NCBI GenBank assembly: GCA_963704165.1 | Contig: CAVPHD010000005.1 | Coordinates: forward strand, 244,905 to 308,904 | Direction of reading: 5' to 3' | Length of the DNA stretch: 64,000 bases | DNA from: an uncultured delta proteobacterium | GTDB lineage: Bacteria; Myxococcota_A; UBA9160; SZUA-336 | Shown: positions 19,045 through 27,120 of the stretch, in pieces | Numbering within the stretch: position 1 is the stretch's first letter | How the letters are laid out: each line of letters opens with the position of its first letter | The notes under the pieces: generated by a model | The model's input: only the letters and a program-made list of their open reading frames with translations | The model's database searches: none | Told to the model about the DNA's origin: nothing | Made by a program: the position numbers and the translations under genes

Positions 19045-19694
19045 GCGACACGCAGATCTCGGTCGAGCACGCCGATCTCGGCCATCGCGGACAGCCGGTG
19101 CTGCGGCAGGTCTCGCTCTCGATCCGAAAGGACGAGTTCGTCGCGGTGCTCGGACCGAACGGCTCCGGGAAGACCACGCTTCTTCGCAGCCTGCTCGGAT
19201 TTCTCCCACCGCTCTCGGGAAGGATCTCTCGCGAGCCGGCCCTGCGAGTCGGGTACGTGCCACAGCGCGAGACGCTCGACCCGAACTACCCGCTCTCGGG
19301 TGCGCAGGTCGCGCTCTTCGGCACCTACGGCGATCTGCCGTTCTGGCGCCCTTTGGGACGCTCCGCGCGGGAACGGGCGCGCTCGGCGCTCGAGGCTTGC
19401 GACGCGCTCGATTTCGCGAGCCGGCGCTACTCGGAGCTGTCGGGCGGACAGCGCCAGCGCATTCTGATCGCGCGGGCCCTTGCGACTTCGCCGACCCTGC
19501 TCCTGCTCGACGAGCCGACCGCCCTCGTGGATCGGGAATCCGAGATCGCGATCCTCGACGCGCTCGCCGAGCTGCGTCGCGAGCGGTCGCTCTCGATCTG
19601 GCTCGTCACGCACCACGAGGAAGCACTGCGCGATCGCGTCGATCGGATCGCGCGCGTCGAGGACGGCACGGTCACTGTGGAGGCGCCGTCGTGA
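19041..19694 (+). CDS. Zn/Mn ABC transporter ATP-binding protein (ZnuC-like)
   Basis: GPNGSGKTT, GYVPQ, LSGGQRQR, LLLLDEPT, VTH. Confidence 0.92.
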   Translation: MSDTQISVEHADLGHRGQPVLRQVSLSIRKDEFVAVLGPNGSGKTTLLRSLLGFLPPLSGRISREPALRVGYVPQRETLDPNYPLSGAQVALFGTYGDLPFWRPLGRSARERARSALEACDALDFASRRYSELSGGQRQRILIARALATSPTLLLLDEPTALVDRESEIAILDALAELRRERSLSIWLVTHHEEALRDRVDRIARVEDGTVTVEAPS

Positions 19695-20539
19695 TCGAGG
19701 TCTTCTCCCCCGATTTCCTGTTCCGCAACGCGATCGTCGGCGGCGCGATCGTCTGCGTGCTCTGCTCCGTACTCGGCGTCTACGTCGTCCTCCGGCGCAT
19801 GGTCCTGCTCGGCATGGCCCTGCCGCAAGCGGGCGCGGCCGGGATCGCCGCCGTCTTCTTCGCCACCGGCCACTCGCACGGCGATCCCGGACAGGCGCAC
19901 GCGCTCGCGCTCGTCGGATCACTCGCCGCCACCTTCAGTGCGCTCGGTGCGCTCGTGCTCTCGGGACGCAACGCGGCGCAGCCGGTCGAGTGGCGAATCG
20001 GCGCGGTGCTCGCGATCGCCACCGCGGCGACGCTCTTCTTCGTCGCCCTGTCGCCGACCGGAGATCTCGAGATGACGAGCCTGCTTCGCGGAGAGCTGCT
20101 GGCGATCTCCGATCGCGACCTCGGGGTGCTCGTGTCGGTCGCGTCGCTGATCGCACTGGTCTTCGCGATCTTCCGACGCGAGCTCCTGCTCGTCTCGTTC
20201 GACCCCGAGTTCGCACACACGATCGGGCTCGATCCGGTGCGCTACGACCTCGTGCTCCACCTGATGCTCGGCGCGACGATCTCGATCGGCGTGATGACGG
20301 CGGGGCCGATGGTGGTCTTCGCATTCCTCGTGCTGCCCGCGCTCGCGGCCCTTCGACTCGGACGCTCGATGCCGATGACGTTCGCCGTCGCTGCAGGAGT
20401 CGCTCTCGTCTCGTCGGTCGGAGGCTTTGCGGTTTCGTACCGTGCCGACCTTCCGACGGGCCCGGTCTACGTCCTGATCGCGGCGTCGATCTGGCTGCTC
20501 ACCGACCTGGGGATGCGCTTTCGCGGGCGCTCCACCTGA
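19691..20539 (+). CDS. Zn/Mn ABC transporter permease (ZnuB/ABC-3-like)
   Basis: LGVYVVLRRM, SFDPEFA, DLPTGP, multiple TM helices. GTGA overlap with the ATPase gene. Confidence 0.9.
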   Translation: MIEVFSPDFLFRNAIVGGAIVCVLCSVLGVYVVLRRMVLLGMALPQAGAAGIAAVFFATGHSHGDPGQAHALALVGSLAATFSALGALVLSGRNAAQPVEWRIGAVLAIATAATLFFVALSPTGDLEMTSLLRGELLAISDRDLGVLVSVASLIALVFAIFRRELLLVSFDPEFAHTIGLDPVRYDLVLHLMLGATISIGVMTAGPMVVFAFLVLPALAALRLGRSMPMTFAVAAGVALVSSVGGFAVSYRADLPTGPVYVLIAASIWLLTDLGMRFRGRST

Positions 20540-20579
20540 TCGTTGCCGCGCCCGGGTCGCTGTGACAGGCTCGAGCGCG

Positions 20580-21196
20580 ATGGATCCGCAGCATCCGAGT
20601 GCGGAGCTCCTGCTGCGCTCTATGCGCGCGGGATCTTTCCGATGGTCGATCCGCGCACCGGAGAGATCGAGTACTTCAGCCCGGATCCGCGCACCGTGAT
20701 TCCGCTCGATCGCTTCCACGTACCGCGGAGCCTCGCGCGCGTACGGGCGAAACAGCCGTTCGAGATCCGGACCGACACCGCGTTCGAGCGCGTGATTCGC
20801 GCCTGTGCGGAGCCGCGACCCGGACGGCGCGAGACGTGGATCGACGAGCGGCTGATCGGGGCGTACGTGGATCTGCACGCCCACGGACTCGCGCACAGCG
20901 TCGAGGCGTTCCTGGACGAGCGACTCGTCGGAGGCTTGTACGGCGTGCACATCGGGGCGGCGTTCTTCGGCGAGAGCATGTTCAGCCGACCGGAGCAGGG
21001 GGGCACCGATGCCTCGAAGATCTGCCTGGTCGAGCTGGTGGAAGGGCTGCGCGCCGGTGGATTCACGCTGCTCGACATCCAGTTCTCGACGCCGCACCTC
21101 GCGCGCTTCGGATGCGTCGAGATCCCGCGCGCCCGGTACCTCTCGATGCTCGAGGATGCAATCGAGCGCCGGGGGAACTGGCCGCGCGCCGGGTGA
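20580..21196 (+). CDS. aat: Leucyl/phenylalanyl-tRNA--protein transferase (frameshift at about 20615, probably an error)
   Basis: YARGIFPM, SPDPR, TWI, AHSVE, LVGGLYGV, FFGESMFS, DASKI. ATG 20580 (MDPQHPSAELLL) is one base out of frame. Confidence 0.9.
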
Positions 21197-21205
21197 GGGG
21201 TCCGC

Positions 21206-22419
21206 TCAGGCGCGTTCGGGGTCGAACGCGATGCGCATCTCCTTCACCCCGTTCACGAAGTTCGAGCGCAGGCGTCGCGGTTTCGTGACGAGGCGCGGGT
21301 TCCGGAGGCGCCCGAGCATCTCCTGGAAGATCACCGTGAGCTCGAGTCGCGCCAGGTTCGCGCCGAGGCAGTAGTGCTCTCCGATCCCGAACGCGAGGTG
21401 TTGATTGTCCGTCCGGCCGACGTCGAAGCGGTCCGGATCGACGAAGATCTCCTCGTCGCGATTCGCCGACGGGTACCACATGACGACCTTCTCGCCCTTC
21501 TTGATTCTCCGTCCCGCGGAGCTCCGTGTCGTCGGTCGCGGTGCGTCGGAAGTAGTGCACGGCCGGATCGAAGCGGACGAACTCCTCGACGGCTTGCGGC
21601 ACGAGCGCCGGATTCGCGACCAGCCGCCGGAGCTGTTCGGGATGGTCGAGCAGTGCCTTCATGCCGTTCGTCGTCACGGTGCGCGTCGTCTCGTTGCCGG
21701 CGACGAGCAACAACAGGAAGAACGAGCAGTACTCGAGCTCGTTCAGCTTCTCGCCGTCGATCTCGTGGAAGAGCAGTGCCGTGGTCAGGTTGTCGACCGG
21801 TTCCCGCCGGTACTTCTCGGCGAGCTTCATCGCGTAGCCGAACATCTGAATCGAGGCGTTTCGCGCGTCCTCCGGCGTGTTCTGGAACTCCGGGTCGTCG
21901 AAGCCGATCAGCTTGTTCGAGAGCTCGAAGATCAGCTTACGGTCGTCTTGCGGCACACCCATCAGCTCGCAGATGACCTGGAGCGGCAGCTCCGCGCGCG
22001 AGCTCCTCGACGAACTCGCACTCGCCCTTGGGAGCGACCGCGTCGACGATGCGCGTCGAGAGCGCGCGAAGATAGGGCTCCTGCTTCGCGACCATCTGCG
22101 GCGTGAAGCCGCGCTGCACGATCCGCCGGAACTTCACGTGCTGCGGTGGGTCCATGTTCAGCATGATCATCCGCAGGCCCGCGAGCCCGGTCTCGTCGCG
22201 GTCCTCGATGTTCGTTCCGCCGAGCCAGGACGAGAAGAGCAGCGGGTTGCGCGAGACCGTCTTCACGTCCTCGTACTTGGTCACGCACCAGAACCCGGGA
22301 CCGTTCTTCTCGCGGTGCCAGTGGACCGGATCCTCGCTGCGTAGCACCTTCAGCCAGTGGTGCGGAGTTCCCGGCACGAAGTTGTCGGGGTCTCCGAGGT
22401 CGATGTCGTCGAGGTTCAT
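21206..22419 (-). CDS. Cytochrome P450, CYP125/CYP142-like (steroid C26-monooxygenase family), two frameshifts at about 21995 and 21510
   Basis: Three overlapping ORFs join into one P450: LNMDPPQH..RGFTP, ELPLQVI, VAGNETTR, EEFVR, FRRTAT, SANRDE, AFGIGEHYCLGANLARLE. Confidence 0.85.
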
Positions 22420-22425
22420 CTCGCG

Positions 22426-22454
22426 ATTGGAACAGCTTCCATTCGGGGTCGCAA
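22426..22454 (-). promoter_or_regulatory. P450 promoter with KstR-like operator (22428-22441)
   Basis: Minus strand TTGCGA-N17-TCCAAT-N6-ATG. Box TGGAACAGCTTCCA has one mismatch to TnnAACnnGTTnnA. Confidence 0.65.
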
Positions 22455-22459
22455 GAAGG

Positions 22460-22488
22460 TTGAGGCGCCGATTGGAACGTGTTCCAAT
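22460..22488 (+). promoter_or_regulatory. Hydratase promoter with KstR-like operator (22473-22486)
   Basis: TTGAGG-N17-TCCAAT-N6-ATG. Box TGGAACGTGTTCCA matches TnnAACnnGTTnnA. Confidence 0.75.
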
Positions 22489-22494
22489 CGGCGA

Positions 22495-23291
22495 ATGAGT
22501 TCACCTCACGCGCTGGTCGAGAAGGAAGGTCACGTTCTGGTCGTGACGATGAATCGCCCCGAGGCGAAGAACGCCCTCTCGCCCGACATGCTCTGGCGCA
22601 TGTACGAGGCGTGGCGTCGGCTCGACGCGGACGCGGATCTTCGCTGCGCGATCCTCACCGGTGCGGGCGGGACGTTCTGCGCGGGCGCCGACCTGAAGAC
22701 GATGGGCCGCGAGAAGCCCGACGAAGAGATGCAGAGGCGCATGAAGGAGGTGCCGGACCTGCACTGGCAGGCGCTGCTCCGACACAACCGGCCGATGAAG
22801 CCGATCATCGCGGCCGTCGAGGGATACGCCGTGGCGGGTGGCACGGAGATCCTGCAGGGCACCGACATCCGCGTGGCCGGTGAGTCGGCGGTGTTCGGAG
22901 TCACGGAGGCGAAGCGCGGGCTCTTTCCGCTCGGCGGCTCGACGATCCGCCTGCGCCGGCAGATCCCGTACACGCTCGCCGCCGAGATCCTGCTGACCGC
23001 GCGCCACGTCAGCGCGAGCGAAGCCAAGCAGTTCGGTTGATCGGCCGTGTCGTGCCGACGGGAGCCGCGCTCGCGGAGGCGCGGACGATCGCCGAGACGA
23101 TCTGCGAGAACGGCCCGCTCTCGGTGCAGGCGATCCTCAAGGCGCTGCGTCTCTACGACGAGAGCATGCCCGAGTCCGAGGCGCTCGAGAAGGAGCTCGA
23201 GCTCGGCTGGCCGATCTTCGCCAGCGAGGACGCGAAGGAGGGCCCGCGCGCCTTCGCGGAGAAGCGCAAGCCGGTCTTCAAGGGACGCTAG
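22495..23291 (+). CDS. Enoyl-CoA hydratase/crotonase, EchA19-like (frameshift at about 23036)
   Basis: [50 protein letters not shown], then [29 protein letters not shown] in the next frame. Confidence 0.88.
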
Positions 23292-23294
23292 CGA

Positions 23295-24413
23295 TCAGGA
23301 TTCGGCGAGCGCGTCGCCGAGCCGCTCGAGGTGTCGGGACGCGGAGCCGAGCGTGAGTTCGATCTGTCGCGTCCAGAGATACGAGCGGTGCAGCGGATAG
23401 TCGTTGTCCATGCCGATGCCGCCGTGCAGGTGCTGCGCCGCGTAGGTCGCGTGGTTGCCGCCGTCGGCCGCCCAGATCTTGGCGACCGAGACCGCGAGCG
23501 TCGCAGGCCGGCGCTCCGCGAGCAGGAACGCCGCCTGGATCGTCGTGAGGCGCATCACTTCGAGGTGGATGAAGGCGTCGGCGGCGCGCTGGTGCACGGC
23601 CTGAAAGCTTCCGATCGGGCGATCGAACTGTTTGCGTTCGCTCGTGTAGCTCGCGGTCATGCGAAGCGCGCGCTCCGCGACGCCGACCTGCAGCGCACAG
23701 AGCCCCGTGATCGCGCGCTCGGTGATCCATGCGAGCATTTCCTTGCCGCGCGCGAGCGTGCCGAGTACGTCGTGTGCCCGGACCCGCGTGCGCTGGAGCC
23801 GGAGCGTCGCGACCGGCTCGCGGTTCGTCGCGTGCTGCATCTCGAGCTTCACACCCGGACCCTTCGGATCGACCAGGAACAGACCGACGCGTCCACCGCC
23901 GACGCTGGCCGGAACCAGGATCCGCGCAGCGAGGTGGGCCGCCGGAACGCAGACCTTGGTGCCGGAAAGCCTCCATGAGGTGCCATCGCGCGTAGCCTTC
24001 GTCGACGGCCGCGCCGGATCGTCCGAGTCGGCTTCCTCGAACGCGCCGCTGAGCACGGTCTGGCCCGCGACGACACCGGGAAGAAACTCGGCCTTCTGCG
24101 AAGCGGATCCGAATTCAGCGATCGGCAGCGCGCCGAGCACGAGCGTGCTCCAGAACGGAACCGGAGCGACGGCGCGGCCGATCTCCTCGAGCAGGCAGCA
24201 GAGCTCGATCATCCCGAGGCCGCTCCCGCCGAACTCCTCGGGTAGACACGCGCCGATCAGGTTCGCCTTCGCGAGCTCGCTCCAGAGCTCGCGGTCGTGC
24301 CCGCTCCCGGTCTTCTCGATCTCGCCGATGCGCTCGTGCGTCGCCTTGTCGCCGAGGATCTTGCGTGCGAGTTCGGAGAGCGCCTTCTGGTCGTCGCTGT
24401 AGGCGAAGTTCAT
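23295..24413 (-). CDS. Acyl-CoA dehydrogenase, short partner subunit (FadE27/ChsE5-like)
   Basis: MNFAYSDDQ, PEEFGGSGLG, RKQFDRPIGSFQAV, QHLHGGIG. Directly downstream of the FadE26-like gene. Confidence 0.85.
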   Translation of the reverse strand: MNFAYSDDQKALSELARKILGDKATHERIGEIEKTGSGHDRELWSELAKANLIGACLPEEFGGSGLGMIELCCLLEEIGRAVAPVPFWSTLVLGALPIAEFGSASQKAEFLPGVVAGQTVLSGAFEEADSDDPARPSTKATRDGTSWRLSGTKVCVPAAHLAARILVPASVGGGRVGLFLVDPKGPGVKLEMQHATNREPVATLRLQRTRVRAHDVLGTLARGKEMLAWITERAITGLCALQVGVAERALRMTASYTSERKQFDRPIGSFQAVHQRAADAFIHLEVMRLTTIQAAFLLAERRPATLAVSVAKIWAADGGNHATYAAQHLHGGIGMDNDYPLHRSYLWTRQIELTLGSASRHLERLGDALAES

Positions 24414-24420
24414 CTCGACA

Positions 24421-25599
24421 CTATGCCTTGTAGTTCGGCATCTGCAGGCCGGCCATCGCGATGATGTCGCGCTGGACTTCGTTGGTGCCGCCGCCGAAGG
24501 TGAGGATCAACGCCGTGCGGTACATGCGCTCGACGCGACCCGCGAGAATCGCGCCTGGTGAACGGGGGCCGAGCTTCCCGACCGACCCGAAGATCTCCAT
24601 GAACGCGCGGTAGGCGTCGATGAAGAACTCCGACGCATAGACCTTCACCGTCGACGCATCGGCCGGGTGCAGCCGCGAATGGGTGAGCGTCCAGGCCTGC
24701 TTCCAGAGCATCAGCTTCAGCGCTTCGCCGCCGGCGTAGCACTTCGCGAGGTTTCGGCGCACGAAGGGCTGGTCGATCACGCGCCGGCCGTCGGCGAGCT
24801 TGGTCTTCCGCGCCCAGCCGAGAACGTCGTTCTGCAGCTTTTCGAACGGTCCGATCGGAAAGAGCGAGACACGCTCGTGGTTCAGCTGACTCGTGATCAA
24901 TCCCCAGCCGTTGTTCTCGCCGCCGATCAGGTACCGAGCCGGTACGCGCACGTTGTCGAAGTAGGTCGCGTTCGTGCGCACGTCGGCCATGGTCCAGATC
25001 GGCGTCAGCTTGAAGCCCGGCGCGGTGGTGGGGACGATGAAGATCGAGATCCCGCGGTGCTTCTTGGCCTCGGGATCGGTGCGCGCGGCGAGCCAGATGT
25101 AGTCCGCGAAATCCGCGAGGCTCGTGAACGTCTTCTGGCCGTTGATCACCCACTCGTCGCCGTCGCGCACGGCGCTCGTCGTGAGCGAGGCGAGATCGGT
25201 GCCGGCCCCGGGTTCCGAGTAGCCGATCGCGAAGTGCAGGTCGCCGGTGAGGATTCGCGGCAGGATCTCCGCCTTCACCTCGTCACCGCCGTACGCCATC
25301 AGCGTCGGTCCGACCGTGCCCAGCGTGAGGAAAGGCAGCGGGAAGCCGGCGCGCTGAACCTCGTCTGCGAACAGGAACTGCTCGAGCGGCGTCCGGTCCT
25401 GTCCGCCGTATTCTTTCGGCCAGCCGATTCCGAGCCAGCCGTCGCGGCCCATCTTCTTCAACGCCTTGCGGTACTCGGGTCCACCGCCTTCACCGCCCGA
25501 CGCGAGCTCCGCCAGAAGCTCTTTCGTCATCAGCTTCGCGAAGTAGCCGCGCAGCTCATCGCGCAGCCGCTTCAGTTCGGGCGTCAGATCGATGTACAT
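24421..25599 (-). CDS. Acyl-CoA dehydrogenase, FAD-binding subunit (FadE26/ChsE4-like)
   Basis: MGRDGWLGIGWPKEYGGQ, GDLHFAIGYSEPGAGTDLASL, KKHRGIS, QLNHERV, LILTFGGGTNEVQRDII. Confidence 0.9.
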   Translation of the reverse strand: MYIDLTPELKRLRDELRGYFAKLMTKELLAELASGGEGGGPEYRKALKKMGRDGWLGIGWPKEYGGQDRTPLEQFLFADEVQRAGFPLPFLTLGTVGPTLMAYGGDEVKAEILPRILTGDLHFAIGYSEPGAGTDLASLTTSAVRDGDEWVINGQKTFTSLADFADYIWLAARTDPEAKKHRGISIFIVPTTAPGFKLTPIWTMADVRTNATYFDNVRVPARYLIGGENNGWGLITSQLNHERVSLFPIGPFEKLQNDVLGWARKTKLADGRRVIDQPFVRRNLAKCYAGGEALKLMLWKQAWTLTHSRLHPADASTVKVYASEFFIDAYRAFMEIFGSVGKLGPRSPGAILAGRVERMYRTALILTFGGGTNEVQRDIIAMAGLQMPNYKA

Positions 25600-25625
25600 C
25601 CGGGCTTCTCCTCGAGAAGACCCGC

Positions 25626-25655
25626 ATTAGAACGCGTTCCAATCCGGGCGGTCAA
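25626..25655 (-). promoter_or_regulatory. ACAD-pair promoter with KstR-like operator (25628-25641)
   Basis: Minus strand TTGACC-N18-TCTAAT. Box TAGAACGCGTTCCA matches TnnAACnnGTTnnA. Confidence 0.75.
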
Positions 25656-27109
25656 CCCGCCGAGATCGCACCGCCGCGGCGAGGATCGAAGGCGCGCAAG
25701 GCCAACGCCTCGAGGATCACGCCCTCGCGCAGACCCCAGTCGCAGATCATGAGCCCGGGCAGCGAGAGGCGCGTGAGCACGCTCGCGATCACCAGCGCAC
25801 CGGTGGGCAGGAGATCCGCGCGCTTCTCGTCCACGCCCGGCAGCGCCAGGCGTTGCGCGTGACTGGATCTCGAGAGGCGGCGCGCGAGCGAGTCGAAGTC
25901 GTCGGTGGAGACGAGCAGGCCGCGCAGCTCCGCGGTCGGCGTATCGTCGGCGATGCCGAGCAGAATCCGCGCGAGTGCGCGCACCGTCCCACCCGCCGCG
26001 ATGCAGCGTGCGGGACCGAGCGCGCGAACCCGGCCCGCGAACGGATCGAGTGCGTCCTCGACGCGCGCACGGATCGCCTTCACTTCGGCGGCCGACATGG
26101 GATCGGAGCGGACCAGTTCCCCGTGCAGACGCGTGACTCCCAGACGAAGGGTCGCCTCGAAGCGCAGTCCAGCGGCATTCCCGACGGCGAGCTCGAGGCT
26201 TCCGCCGCCGAGGTCGAGACCGAGCGCGTTCTCGTCTCCGAGTCCGACGCGCCGGCGGAACGCCGAGAAGATCAGACGAGCCTCGTCTTCGCCCGACAGG
26301 ATGCGAACTTCGCTGCCGAGCGCGCGTCCGAGCCGTTCGGCGAGCTTGCGGCCGTTCTTCGCATCGCGGATCGCGGACGTCGCGACCGCGACCAGCTCCT
26401 GCGCGCCCGTGCGGTCCGCGGCGCGTCCGAGCCTTCGCCCCGCCTCCACCGCCTTGTCGCAGATCTCGTCGGACAGCTTCGAGTCCAGCGCGACGGCCGC
26501 GCCGAGGCGCAGCATCTCGCGCTCGCGCGCGACTCGCACGATGTGACCATCGGCCGTGAAATCCGCGACGAGCAGCGTGAACGAGGTGCTGCCCAGATCG
26601 ACGACGCCGATACGCCGAACGGTGTCGAGGTCGGGTGTGGCGGCGCCGGCGCGCGCCGGCGGAAGATACGAGGCGCGCGCGGGTCCGCTCGCGCCGTTCT
26701 GCAGAAACCAGGTCGATCCCTTCGGACAGCCGGCGCCGCCTTCCATCGCGAGCGCTCCCGGAACCAGCTTCTCGACGAGCGCCGGGATCAGATCGCCGTG
26801 AGCCGCGAGCATCGCAGGCTCGGAGCCGAGCGAGCGCACGAGCGCAATGGCTCCCGTCAGGCTTGCACCTTCGCTGAGCCGGGCGTCGACCTCGACGGGA
26901 AGGCCGAAGCGCGCGGCCACGGGCTCTGCCGTCTGGCGGCAGCGCAGGGCCGGACTCGAGAGCACGCGCGCGAGGGAGACACCTTCGAACCGCTCGACCA
27001 GACCCATGGCCTGGTCGTGTCCGGCCGGCGAGAGGGGCCGCATGCCGTCGGACGACTCCCAGCCCGTGCGGCGCTGCGCCTTCGCGTGCCGAACCAGATA
27101 GATCTTCAC
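25652..27109 (-). CDS. ppx: SixA-like histidine phosphatase fused to Ppx/GppA exopolyphosphatase
   Basis: N-terminal KIYLVRHAKA..RPLS..SSPALRCRQTA..AHGD. C-terminal DLGSTSF, ATSAIRDAKNG, ILSGEDEA, DLGGGSLEL, GLREG. Confidence 0.85.
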   Translation of the reverse strand: MKIYLVRHAKAQRRTGWESSDGMRPLSPAGHDQAMGLVERFEGVSLARVLSSPALRCRQTAEPVAARFGLPVEVDARLSEGASLTGAIALVRSLGSEPAMLAAHGDLIPALVEKLVPGALAMEGGAGCPKGSTWFLQNGASGPARASYLPPARAGAATPDLDTVRRIGVVDLGSTSFTLLVADFTADGHIVRVAREREMLRLGAAVALDSKLSDEICDKAVEAGRRLGRAADRTGAQELVAVATSAIRDAKNGRKLAERLGRALGSEVRILSGEDEARLIFSAFRRRVGLGDENALGLDLGGGSLELAVGNAAGLRFEATLRLGVTRLHGELVRSDPMSAAEVKAIRARVEDALDPFAGRVRALGPARCIAAGGTVRALARILLGIADDTPTAELRGLLVSTDDFDSLARRLSRSSHAQRLALPGVDEKRADLLPTGALVIASVLTRLSLPGLMICDWGLREGVILEALALRAFDPRRGGAISAG

Positions 27110-27120
27110 TCCCGTCCCTT

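Noticed and set aside
23030..23045. In-frame TGA in the enoyl-CoA hydratase as a possible second selenocysteine
   Set aside because: The protein continues in a different frame (FG-LIGRVVP), so this is a 1-nt deletion and not readthrough. The position is not a Cys site.
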